The notes under the pieces: model-generated
Database searches by the model: none
What the model was told of the DNA's origin: nothing
Seen by the model: only the letters and a program-made list of their open reading frames with translations
From: Candidatus Poribacteria bacterium
GTDB lineage: Bacteria > Poribacteria > WGA-4E > GCA-2687025
Assembly (NCBI GenBank): GCA_963665845.2
Contig: OY762492.1
Coordinates: forward strand, 3,616,001 to 3,680,000
DNA length: 64,000 nucleotides
Direction: 5' to 3'
Made by a program: the position numbers and the translations under genes
Shown: positions 38,928 to 47,010 of the stretch, one piece after another
Layout: each line of letters opens with the position of its first letter
How positions within the stretch are numbered: the first letter of the stretch is position 1

Positions 38928-39846
38928 CGATAGCCTCCTTGAAATCGTCCTCGCTGTCGGTGGAATAAACGGCGGCGGACGGAATCGTCCGTTTGACAAG
39001 GCTTGTCAACCCTTTTCCGCTGCCCGCCTCCACAAAAACGGAGAACCCGTCCGCAACCATCCGCTGGAGCGACTGCGTCCACAGAACGGGCTGGGCGACC
39101 TGTTGAACGGCGAGCGCCCGTATCGTTTCCGGCGACGACGCCGGCTCCCCCGTCACGTTCGAGTAAAACGCCATGGAGGGCGGATGAAACGCATACTGCT
39201 GCATTTCGGCTTCCAGCCCGTCCTGGGCGGAACGCATCCGCGCGGAATGGAACGCGCCTGAAACAGGTATCGGAACGACAAGACGGGCGCCCGCCTCTTT
39301 CGCCAGCCGAGCCGCCCGTTCCAACGCCGACGCGGAGCCTGAAATGACGACTTGACCAGGGCTGTTGTAGTTGGAGGGGGAGACGGCGTCCGCCCCTTGG
39401 GACGCCTCCGCGCAGACCGCCTCCACCGCCTCGTCTTCCAAGCCAATGACCGCGGACATTCCGCCGGGGTTCTCTTTTGCCGCTTTTGCCATGAGACGCC
39501 CGCGCTCCATGACAAGGCGGAGCGCGTCTTGAAACGAGACGATTCCCGCCGCGTAAAGGGCGGCGTATTCGCCGAGGCTGTGTCCGGCGGCGGCTTGAAA
39601 TTCCGCCCCGTTCGACAGCAGAAGCTGATACGCGGCAACCCCCACCGTAAAGAGCGCGGGCTGCGCCGTTTCAGTTTGTTTTAAAGCGTTCGCGTCCGCC
39701 TCAAAACAGACGGCGCGCGCCGGAAATCCAAGCGCCTCCGCCTGATCAAAGACGCGCGACGCCGCTGGATAGACGTCCATCCACTTGCCCATGCCGGGCT
39801 GTTGTGTACCCTGTCCAGGGAAAATTGCCGCCGTTTTGGTCGTCAT
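38914..39846 (-). CDS. fabD: Malonyl CoA-ACP transacylase
   Basis: FPGQG.Q..GMG, AGHSLGEY, N.NSPGQ.VISG, VSGAFHS. Confidence 0.96.
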   Translation of the reverse strand: MTTKTAAIFPGQGTQQPGMGKWMDVYPAASRVFDQAEALGFPARAVCFEADANALKQTETAQPALFTVGVAAYQLLLSNGAEFQAAAGHSLGEYAALYAAGIVSFQDALRLVMERGRLMAKAAKENPGGMSAVIGLEDEAVEAVCAEASQGADAVSPSNYNSPGQVVISGSASALERAARLAKEAGARLVVPIPVSGAFHSARMRSAQDGLEAEMQQYAFHPPSMAFYSNVTGEPASSPETIRALAVQQVAQPVLWTQSLQRMVADGFSVFVEAGSGKGLTSLVKRTIPSAAVYSTDSEDDFKEAIDAVA

Positions 39847-39855
39847 TTCAACCGC

Positions 39856-40854
39856 CTATAAACGAATGATGTTGGCGCCCCAGGTCCATCCCGCGCCGAA
39901 GGTGATCAAAAACACGGTGGAGCCTTTGCCGACGCGCCCCTCCGCCAGCGCCTCGTCCAGAGCCAGCGCGGCGCTTGCAGAGGAGGTGTTGCCGTACCGG
40001 TCGACGATGGAATACACCTTGTCGATGTCGATGCCGGTGCGTTCGGCAAGCGCGCCCATGATGCGTATGTTCATCTGATGCGGGATGAGCAGGTCGATGT
40101 CGTCGGGGGTCATGCCTGCTTCGTCGAGAACCTGTTTTATGACCGTCGGCATGAGCGACACGGCGATTTTGAACAGCTTGCGCCCTTCCATATGGATCGT
40201 GTGTTCTCGGTTTTCGACCGTTTCTTTGGTCGCCGGTTTTCTGGCTCCGCCGGCGGGTACGCTCAAGATGTCGGGGTCGGCGTATTGCGGCTCGGCTCCG
40301 ATCTTCGTGTAAAGGATGCCGCCGGGCTTCTCGCTTGCCTGAACGACGGCCGCGCCCGCCGCGTCGCCGAACAGCACGCATGTGGCGCGGTCCTGCCAGT
40401 TCACATACCGCGTCAACATCTCCGCCGCCGTCACCAGAATCGTTTGATGCATCCCGGAGCGGATAAAACCGTTCGCCATATGAAGCCCGTAAGAGAAACC
40501 GCTGCATGCCGCGGCGATGTCGACGGCGGGCGTCTCATGCTCAATGCCGAGGCCGCGCGCGATGAGGCAGGCGGTGGACGGAAACAGCATATCCGGCGAG
40601 ACGGTGGAGCAGATGATCAGGTCGATCTCGTCCGTCTCGATGCCGGCGGCGTCGATGGCTCTCTGGGAGGCGATGGCGCCGAGGTCGGAGCTGGCGACAT
40701 CCGCTTCAGCGATGCGCCGCTCGCGTATACCGACGCGCGTTCGTATCCACTCGTCGGTCGTGTCGACCATCTGCTCTAGGTCATGGTTCGTGATTTTTTT
40801 CGGCGGCGCATAGGAGCCTGTGGACAGGATTGAGGCGTAAAGGTCGCTGCTCAT
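39856..40854 (-). CDS. fabH: 3-oxoacyl-ACP synthase III
   Basis: DTTDEWI..R.GI.ERR, AACSGF, LFGD.AGA, IPHQ.N.RI, YGNTS.AS, FGAG.TWG. Confidence 0.96.
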   Translation of the reverse strand: MSSDLYASILSTGSYAPPKKITNHDLEQMVDTTDEWIRTRVGIRERRIAEADVASSDLGAIASQRAIDAAGIETDEIDLIICSTVSPDMLFPSTACLIARGLGIEHETPAVDIAAACSGFSYGLHMANGFIRSGMHQTILVTAAEMLTRYVNWQDRATCVLFGDAAGAAVVQASEKPGGILYTKIGAEPQYADPDILSVPAGGARKPATKETVENREHTIHMEGRKLFKIAVSLMPTVIKQVLDEAGMTPDDIDLLIPHQMNIRIMGALAERTGIDIDKVYSIVDRYGNTSSASAALALDEALAEGRVGKGSTVFLITFGAGWTWGANIIRL

Positions 40855-40865
40855 GAAGGATCCGA

Positions 40866-41060
40866 TCAGTCGATGTCAACGGAGATAACGGGTCGGGTCC
40901 ACTTATGCGCCTTGTAGTACCCGCATTTTGGGCATGCCCTGTGGGGTATCATCCGCTGCGCGCAGTTTAGGCATAGGATGGTTTTGGTCGGTTTTAAGGC
41001 GTGGTGCGCCCGCCGCGTTCGCGTTCTGGATTGGGACGTTTTTCGTTTTGGATGCGCCAT
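40866..41060 (-). CDS. rpmF: 50S ribosomal protein L32
   Basis: MAHPKRKTS..R...RRAH...C..C.....PHRAC..CGYY. Confidence 0.95.
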   Translation of the reverse strand: MAHPKRKTSQSRTRTRRAHHALKPTKTILCLNCAQRMIPHRACPKCGYYKAHKWTRPVISVDID

Positions 41061-41100
41061 TTCGTTTGCTTTCGTTTGTTGAGGTTATACGGCGTCCGTT

Positions 41101-41646
41101 TTACTGGTTGAACAGCCGCTCTAGCTGCGCGCCGATAGCGGTTTTGGGGGGCTGGGCGGAATTGCCGCAGCCGCAGAGCGTTTCGTTTCGGTTGACGCCG
41201 CATTCGGGACATAGCCCCTTGCATGATTCTTGACAGACCGGCCAGAGCGGCGTTTCGAGCTGTAAATGCCGGCGCAGGTCGTCCTGCATGCGGATCGTTC
41301 CGTTGTCGTAGTATCCGAGTCCGATGTCCGATTCATCCTCCCAGTAATTCGGCTTCAAACGGACCGGGCGGTACAGAATGTCAAACTCAACCTCTAACCG
41401 AAGCGGCGCCGGCTCCAAGCAGCGGACGCAGATCTGCAGAGCCTCTACTCCCGCTTGGATCCGCATATGCGCTTCCTCTTGGTTTCGAGACACCCGCATG
41501 GTTCCTTCTAACAGCCCTGTGAACTGAAGCTCCCCGCCCTCAAAAGCGGCGACTTCGATTTCGGTCATCGGCCATTTCACCTGGAACGCCTTCGTTTCTT
41601 TGTCGGGAAACGAACCGATCGGCCATTCAAATGTTGAGGTCGCCAT
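41101..41646 (-). CDS. DUF177/YceD family protein
   Basis: C.RCL and C...CKGLCP.CG.N.N...C.C; canonical position upstream of rpmF. Confidence 0.9.
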   Translation of the reverse strand: MATSTFEWPIGSFPDKETKAFQVKWPMTEIEVAAFEGGELQFTGLLEGTMRVSRNQEEAHMRIQAGVEALQICVRCLEPAPLRLEVEFDILYRPVRLKPNYWEDESDIGLGYYDNGTIRMQDDLRRHLQLETPLWPVCQESCKGLCPECGVNRNETLCGCGNSAQPPKTAIGAQLERLFNQ

Positions 41647-41844
41647 ACGCCCTCGCCTGTAAAATCTAGCATGCGCCAACTCAAATCAGAAGGATATACC
41701 GTATCGGCAGAGGAATCAAGACGATTTTTCTGACATGGCTCCTTGAGCGGAACATGTGAACGGGCGCTCCCTTTTTTATGGACGCGCGAATCGATCTTTG
41801 CCGCGTCAGGAGGCGGCAGCGAATCGCTTGCGCAGAAATCGTTC

Positions 41845-41871
41845 TTGCGCCGGCGAATCCTATGCTATAAT
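41845..41871 (+). promoter_or_regulatory. Extended -10 promoter
   Basis: TGcTATAAT at 41863-41871, with TTGCGC upstream. Confidence 0.55.
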
Positions 41872-41964
41872 GGCGGTACGGATTGGGAACGTTTTGGCGC
41901 ATCGGCAAAAGATGTTGCAAGGGTGGAATGCTGTTTACGAAGACTGATCTGAAATGATCCGCCC

Positions 41965-42000
41965 GCGTCCGCGCCGAACCATGCGTCTCGGCGCGGACGC
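41965..42000 (+). promoter_or_regulatory. Perfect 13-bp hairpin in the 5' leader of the TolB-like gene
   Basis: GCGTCCGCGCCGA-10 nt-TCGGCGCGGACGC, shortly upstream of the GAAAGGAG RBS. Confidence 0.55.
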
Positions 42001-42027
42001 TCCTCTTCAGCTTGAAAGGAGCATGAC

Positions 42028-43191
42028 ATGAGATTCTTTGCCTTCTCAACGCGCTGGACAGCTCTTGCCGTTGCCGCGTTCTCGCTTCTGCTGTGCGCCT
42101 CCGCGCAGGGAGCCGATTTTAAGCCGCTGGAGGACGCGACGAAACTGGAGCGGCCGACCATCTGTTCCTTCGGCGGAGACGGAATCTACTTCATTGACTG
42201 GGACGGACAAAATAGGCGGCTCTGGATGAAAGGAGACTTCGGACGCGTCATGTGGAGTCGGGACGGCAAGCGCGTCCTCTTCTCCGCCGACACGGAGGAG
42301 TTCGGCTGGTACACAAAATATATCATGGAACTGGAAACTGGGCGCGTGATCAACCTGTCCGAACGCCTGCACAAGAACGGATACGAACATATCGTCATTT
42401 TCAACACGTGGTGGTTTCCGGACGGGAAGCGGCTGTTATGCAGCGCGGTCGATAAAAGCAACGCGGATAAGAGCGATCTTTACGCGTTAGATATCCGAAC
42501 AACAACGTTGAAACAGCTGACGCGGACTCCGATTCGCGAAGAGAACTGGGCTTCGGTGTCCCCAGACGGGAAGAGGATCGTTTTTGAACGTTATCCGCCC
42601 CTTTGGGAAGATCATGAGCCGCTCGGAGAATGGATCGACCGCGACGGCGATGGGAAAAAAGAGACGTTTCAAATGCCTGGCGGACGCACCCATCCCGTCC
42701 ACCTCTATACCATGAACGCAGACGGATCGAATGTTGTCAATCTGACGAAAATTGCCGCGATCGATAGATATCCCGAGTGGTCGCCGGACGGCAAGAAGAT
42801 CGCCTTCGATTCGGTCTACCGTCCGGAGCAGGAGGGGGAGATCGTCGCCGCGGATGTTTATATGATGAATCCTGACGGCTCCAACGTTGAGCGTCTCACA
42901 TCCCGCAAAGACGGACGGCGGGGAGCTGTTGAGGATTGGTCGCCGGACGGCAAATGGATTCTGTTCAGGCTGACGGATCCGGTCAGTATGAGAGCTTCGC
43001 TTCACCGCATTCATATAGAGACGCGGGAGATCGTACGCATCGGGGGATTGGGCGGCCTTCCTACTTGGGTCTGGGCGGGCAAGAGCCGTTTCCTCTCCGT
43101 CAACCCTGCGGGTAAAAAAAAAGCGCCATGGGGAGCGTTGAAAGAAGCGGGCAGCAGCCCGAATAGTCCAACGTCGCAAGACGGCGAATGA
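42028..43191 (+). CDS. Secreted TolB-like (PD40) beta-propeller with conserved C-terminal tail motif
   Basis: Signal peptide; repeated WS(P/R)DGK.I.F and Y.MN.DGSN...LT; tail SVNPAGKKKAPWGALKE. Confidence 0.85.
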   Translation: MRFFAFSTRWTALAVAAFSLLLCASAQGADFKPLEDATKLERPTICSFGGDGIYFIDWDGQNRRLWMKGDFGRVMWSRDGKRVLFSADTEEFGWYTKYIMELETGRVINLSERLHKNGYEHIVIFNTWWFPDGKRLLCSAVDKSNADKSDLYALDIRTTTLKQLTRTPIREENWASVSPDGKRIVFERYPPLWEDHEPLGEWIDRDGDGKKETFQMPGGRTHPVHLYTMNADGSNVVNLTKIAAIDRYPEWSPDGKKIAFDSVYRPEQEGEIVAADVYMMNPDGSNVERLTSRKDGRRGAVEDWSPDGKWILFRLTDPVSMRASLHRIHIETREIVRIGGLGGLPTWVWAGKSRFLSVNPAGKKKAPWGALKEAGSSPNSPTSQDGE

Positions 43192-43209
43192 CGCGCCGGC
43201 GGGAGCATC

Positions 43210-43373
43210 TGACCTTACCCTTAGAGTTGGGACAATTCTGGTTGTGAACGCAGACGGTTTCGAGGTTGACTCTGGATTCCCGCTTGCGCGGGAATGACGG
43301 CATTGTTGATGACGCTTTTCCCATGAATAGAGCGATCGTCGGTTCAAATGTCCCAACTTTAGGCGTTAGGTCA
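43210..43373 (-). mobile_element. MITE copy 3 (inverted, more diverged)
   Basis: TGACCTTACCCTTAGAGTTGGGACA...TGTCCCAACTTTAGGCGTTAGGTCA; internal GATTCCCGCTTGCGCGGGAATGAC and TTTTCCCATGAATA; GAGCAT occurs on both flanks. Confidence 0.75.
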
Positions 43374-43554
43374 GGAGCATGCCTTCCCTAGATGGACAGT
43401 TTCTGTAATCCTTAAAAACCCGTTTCAGACTGAATCTTCCGCCCTTCTCCAGTTGCCGCTTCTGGATTTCCGCCCGCTTGACAAAGACGGCGCGCTTCGG
43501 CATGCTATGTGCATGAAAGCAATTTGCAAGCATCCAATGAGGGAGGCGCGATCG

Positions 43555-44301
43555 ATGAAACGAGTTATTTTGGGCGTCCTGGCTGGCGTTCTGGTTCTAG
43601 GGCTTGGCGCGCAGGCGCAGGCGGTCAACAGCGACAACTTCTCCGGAACCGACCTGGACTCCATGTGGCAGGTGATGAACCCCGACAAGGCGGATCTCAC
43701 CGTCGCGGACGGCAAACTGAAATTTGAAGCGAAAAACAACGCGAACGTCTGGGCAAACCTGGACTCCACCTTCGTCTACCAGGAAACGGACGGCGACTTT
43801 GACGTCTCCGCCAATTTCCTGTTCGACTACGGCAACGCGAGCGTCGTCGCGGGGCTTGCCGCCTATTCGCCGACCACCAAAGACCATGCCAACCGCGACG
43901 GGCAGTGGGTCACCTTGAAACTCTGGGGGCGCGTCAACGACGCGATCATCCAGTACCAACGGCGCGAAAACCATGACGGCGGACTCGGCTACCTCGGCGA
44001 AGCGCCGGGCTACAAACCGCCCGCGGGCGCCATACCGGTCGCCATGCGCATGAGCCGAACCGGCAACGAATACCGCGCTTGGTATAAAAACGAGGGCGAA
44101 GGCGACTGGATCTCTGTCGGCGGAACGGTCGACAGCGCGCTGGCGAACCCTGTGCTTATCGGCGTCTACGCCGGTATCGCGGACGCCGCCGGCGGCAACC
44201 TGACCGTCTCGTACGACGACTTTACAGAAGCTTCCAACCCTGTTGCGTCGGTTGATCCGAACGGAAAAGCCGCTGCGGTATGGGGAGAGCTGAAACAGTA
44301 A
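43555..44301 (+). CDS. Secreted concanavalin A-like (DUF1349-like) beta-sandwich protein with C-terminal tail motif
   Basis: Signal peptide AQA-VN; D.F.G..LD..W, GDFDV, VAGL..Y, R.GNEY.AWY, IGVYAG; tail SVDPNGKAAAVWGELKQ. Confidence 0.7.
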   Translation: MKRVILGVLAGVLVLGLGAQAQAVNSDNFSGTDLDSMWQVMNPDKADLTVADGKLKFEAKNNANVWANLDSTFVYQETDGDFDVSANFLFDYGNASVVAGLAAYSPTTKDHANRDGQWVTLKLWGRVNDAIIQYQRRENHDGGLGYLGEAPGYKPPAGAIPVAMRMSRTGNEYRAWYKNEGEGDWISVGGTVDSALANPVLIGVYAGIADAAGGNLTVSYDDFTEASNPVASVDPNGKAAAVWGELKQ

Positions 44302-44444
44302 AGGCGCAATGCGATGAAACGCATCTTTCAAACTGCCGCCCTGCGCAGTCTAGCTGCCTGGGCGGCGGGCGCGCTTGTCTGTTACAATTTCAACGAGCTG
44401 GGCGCGGACGCATTAGATGTGAGCTGAAACGACAGGAGAAAACC

Positions 44445-45215
44445 ATGAACGCTTTTAAAATGTGCGCGGCGGCGGCGCTGCTGTGCTTTGCGGTCGGCGC
44501 GTCCGCGGCGAGCCTCGGCGACCCGTTCGACGCGACCGGCGACACGCTCAACGCTTTTGAAAACTCAAACTGGCAATGGGAAAATGAACCGACCGAGTGG
44601 GACCTCGGCAAAACGAAGCCCGGCTGGCTCCACATCAAAGGAGACGGAAACCGCAACCTGTGGAACGGCTACACCACCTCGCACCTCTACCAGATGCATG
44701 AGGGCGATTTTGACGTTGAGACGCGCATCATCTTGAACTATCAGCCCGCGTCGGTCGTGACGGGGCTGGTCGCCTATTCGCCGACGACCAATGACCTCCA
44801 AGGGCGCGCCGGCGAATGGGTCACGATCAAATACTGGGGGCGCGGCGGCGACGCCATCATCCAGTACCAACGGCGCGAAAACCATGACGCCGGAGCGGGC
44901 TTTGTCGGACATGTGGGCGGATTTCAGGAATTCCCCAACAAGGACGCGGAGCTGTACCTGCGCTTTGAGCGTCTCGGCGACGCCTTCACGGCATGGTATA
45001 AACAGACAGACGAGGCGAACTGGATCAAAATCAGCACGGCGACGCAGAAGCTGAACGACCCGCTGCGCTTCGGCATCTACGCCGGCGTCGCGGACGCGGC
45101 GGGCGAAATGGTCGCGCAGTACGATTATCTGATCGACCGGCTGAACCCGTTCAGCGTCTCGCCCGAAGGGAATCTTCCGCTCACATGGGCTAACCTGAAA
45201 CAGCCCGCCGACTAA
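44445..45215 (+). CDS. Paralogous secreted concanavalin A-like protein with C-terminal tail motif
   Basis: AGGAG RBS; shares AYSPTT...WVT.K.WGR..DAIIQYQRRENHD with the upstream gene; tail SVSPEGNLPLTWANLKQ. Confidence 0.7.
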   Translation: MNAFKMCAAAALLCFAVGASAASLGDPFDATGDTLNAFENSNWQWENEPTEWDLGKTKPGWLHIKGDGNRNLWNGYTTSHLYQMHEGDFDVETRIILNYQPASVVTGLVAYSPTTNDLQGRAGEWVTIKYWGRGGDAIIQYQRRENHDAGAGFVGHVGGFQEFPNKDAELYLRFERLGDAFTAWYKQTDEANWIKISTATQKLNDPLRFGIYAGVADAAGEMVAQYDYLIDRLNPFSVSPEGNLPLTWANLKQPAD

Positions 45216-45223
45216 ACGCTTAC

Positions 45224-45253
45224 CCCGGCCCGCCGCGCGCGGGCCGGGCTTTC
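45224..45253 (+). terminator. Possible intrinsic terminator
   Basis: CCCGGCCCGC-5 nt-GCGGGCCGGG followed only by CTTTC (weak U tract). Confidence 0.45.
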
Positions 45254-45314
45254 AAAGGAACGCCATGCGGCGCTGTATGCCGTCTTTTTTATATTCGGAC
45301 GCCTTGGACGCTTC

Positions 45315-46208
45315 ATGCAAACCGCCGCGAGTTTGATTGGTCTGCTCGGCATCGTCTTTTCGGCGGTACTGCCGATCATCGTATGGCGGCGCCCGCCGAT
45401 GTACCGATGGGTCTGCCCGTCATGCAAATACGACCGGAACCTGCTTGGGCGCCTTCAATGCGAAGGATGCGAGCGGCGCATGCTGGAAAGCGACCAGCGG
45501 GAACATCTTCGGGCGCGCTGGAGGGCGCGCGACCTGCTGGCGATCTACTGCGTCTCGCTTGCCGCGTCGATGGCGGGAGCGCTGCTGATCCTGGGAGCGC
45601 TCAACAAACTCCCGCCCGAAAACGCCCCGCCCGCCGAAATCGTCCGCTTCTTTATGCGCCCGGAGCCGATCTGGACAACCTTTGCGTTTTCAAACGCAAG
45701 CCTGCTGCTGTTCGCCGTGACGGTCGCCGGGTCGCGGTTCCGATGGTCGATACGCGACCTCGGCTTATGCATCCAGGGGCAGGTTCGGTCGGCGTTCATC
45801 GGGGCGGCGGCGGGCGCGGTTCTTTTTTTACTCTCGATGCTGTTTTCGATGGCGGTCGGTTATGAAGGGGACGACATTTTTCCGTTCGAACTGAAAGACC
45901 CGCTCTGGACGTTGATCGTCCTAAATCTTGTAGCGCTGACGCCGCTGACAGGCGAGCTGTTTTTTCGGGGGATGCTCTACCGAATGCTGCGCCGGCGACG
46001 ATCCATCGGCGCGGCGGCGTTCATCAGCGCGGCGCTCTACTCGATCGTTCTGGGAGCGCCGGCGCTGTTCACCTTCGCCGCGCTCGGAATACTGAACGCG
46101 GCGCTGTTTGAACGGTACAAGTCGCTCACGCCGGGGACAGCCGCCGCCGCCATGTTCGGCGCGTGTCTCATCGCGCTGTCGGCGGCGTCAGGGATACAGC
46201 TCATATGA
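45315..46208 (+). CDS. CPBP (type II CAAX protease) family membrane protein with degenerate active site and N-terminal zinc ribbon
   Basis: Multiple TM helices; P..GELFFRG.LY..L, ISA.LY, FE..KSL..G scaffold; CPSC...CEGC after the first TM helix. Confidence 0.7.
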   Translation: MQTAASLIGLLGIVFSAVLPIIVWRRPPMYRWVCPSCKYDRNLLGRLQCEGCERRMLESDQREHLRARWRARDLLAIYCVSLAASMAGALLILGALNKLPPENAPPAEIVRFFMRPEPIWTTFAFSNASLLLFAVTVAGSRFRWSIRDLGLCIQGQVRSAFIGAAAGAVLFLLSMLFSMAVGYEGDDIFPFELKDPLWTLIVLNLVALTPLTGELFFRGMLYRMLRRRRSIGAAAFISAALYSIVLGAPALFTFAALGILNAALFERYKSLTPGTAAAAMFGACLIALSAASGIQLI

Positions 46209-46990
46209 TCGATCTGCGTTCGCAAGCGGCGCTGGACGTGGAGCCGATACCTTACAACCGCTTCGCGCGCGCCTACGATGATATGATGAGCCATGTCGAC
46301 TATCAGCGCTGGACAGAGTATGTCCTGCGCCTGTTTGAGCTGTACCGCGCCCAACCGCGCCGCGTCCTAGACATCGGCTGCGGAACGGGAGAGATCGCGC
46401 TGCCGCTCGCCGCCCGCGGATACGAGATGATCGGCATCGACCGAGCGCCGGGAATGCTGGCGGAAGCGCGCCGAAAAGCAAACCGAGCGCAGCTGTCGGT
46501 CGAGTGGATACAGGCGGACATGCGCGACTTTCAGATCGACGAACCATGCGGCGCCGCGCTCTGCCTCTACGACAGCATCAATTACATGCTGAACCGAGAG
46601 GAACTGCGCCAAGCGTTTGAACAGACGCGCGAGGCGCTGCTGCCGGGCGGGCTGTTTATCTTCGACATCATCAGCGAAAAAAACATTGTGGCGCATTTTG
46701 ACCGCAAAACGTTCTCCGAAAACCGACCCGACTACACCTTCATATGGAAAAACCGGTACTCCAAACTGGAGAAACTGTGCCGCACCGAGCTGACCTTTTT
46801 TTACCGCGCCGGCGACCATTTTGAGCGGTATGTGGAAACGCACACGCAGAGGATCTTTGAGGTGAAAGAGGCGAAGGAGACGCTCAAAGAGGCGGGGTTT
46901 CAGTTTTTGAGCGCGTTCAACGCATGGACGACGCAGAAATATGACTGGCGATCCGACAGGATCAATATCACGGCGCGGAAGCCGTTTTAA
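46205..46990 (+). CDS. Class I SAM-dependent methyltransferase
   Basis: FARAYD..M..VDY..W, VLDIGCGTG, QADMRDF, C.YDSINY, L.PGG.FIFD. Confidence 0.9.
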   Translation: MIDLRSQAALDVEPIPYNRFARAYDDMMSHVDYQRWTEYVLRLFELYRAQPRRVLDIGCGTGEIALPLAARGYEMIGIDRAPGMLAEARRKANRAQLSVEWIQADMRDFQIDEPCGAALCLYDSINYMLNREELRQAFEQTREALLPGGLFIFDIISEKNIVAHFDRKTFSENRPDYTFIWKNRYSKLEKLCRTELTFFYRAGDHFERYVETHTQRIFEVKEAKETLKEAGFQFLSAFNAWTTQKYDWRSDRINITARKPF

Positions 46991-47010
46991 AACGTTCTCG
47001 ATAGCGTCGG

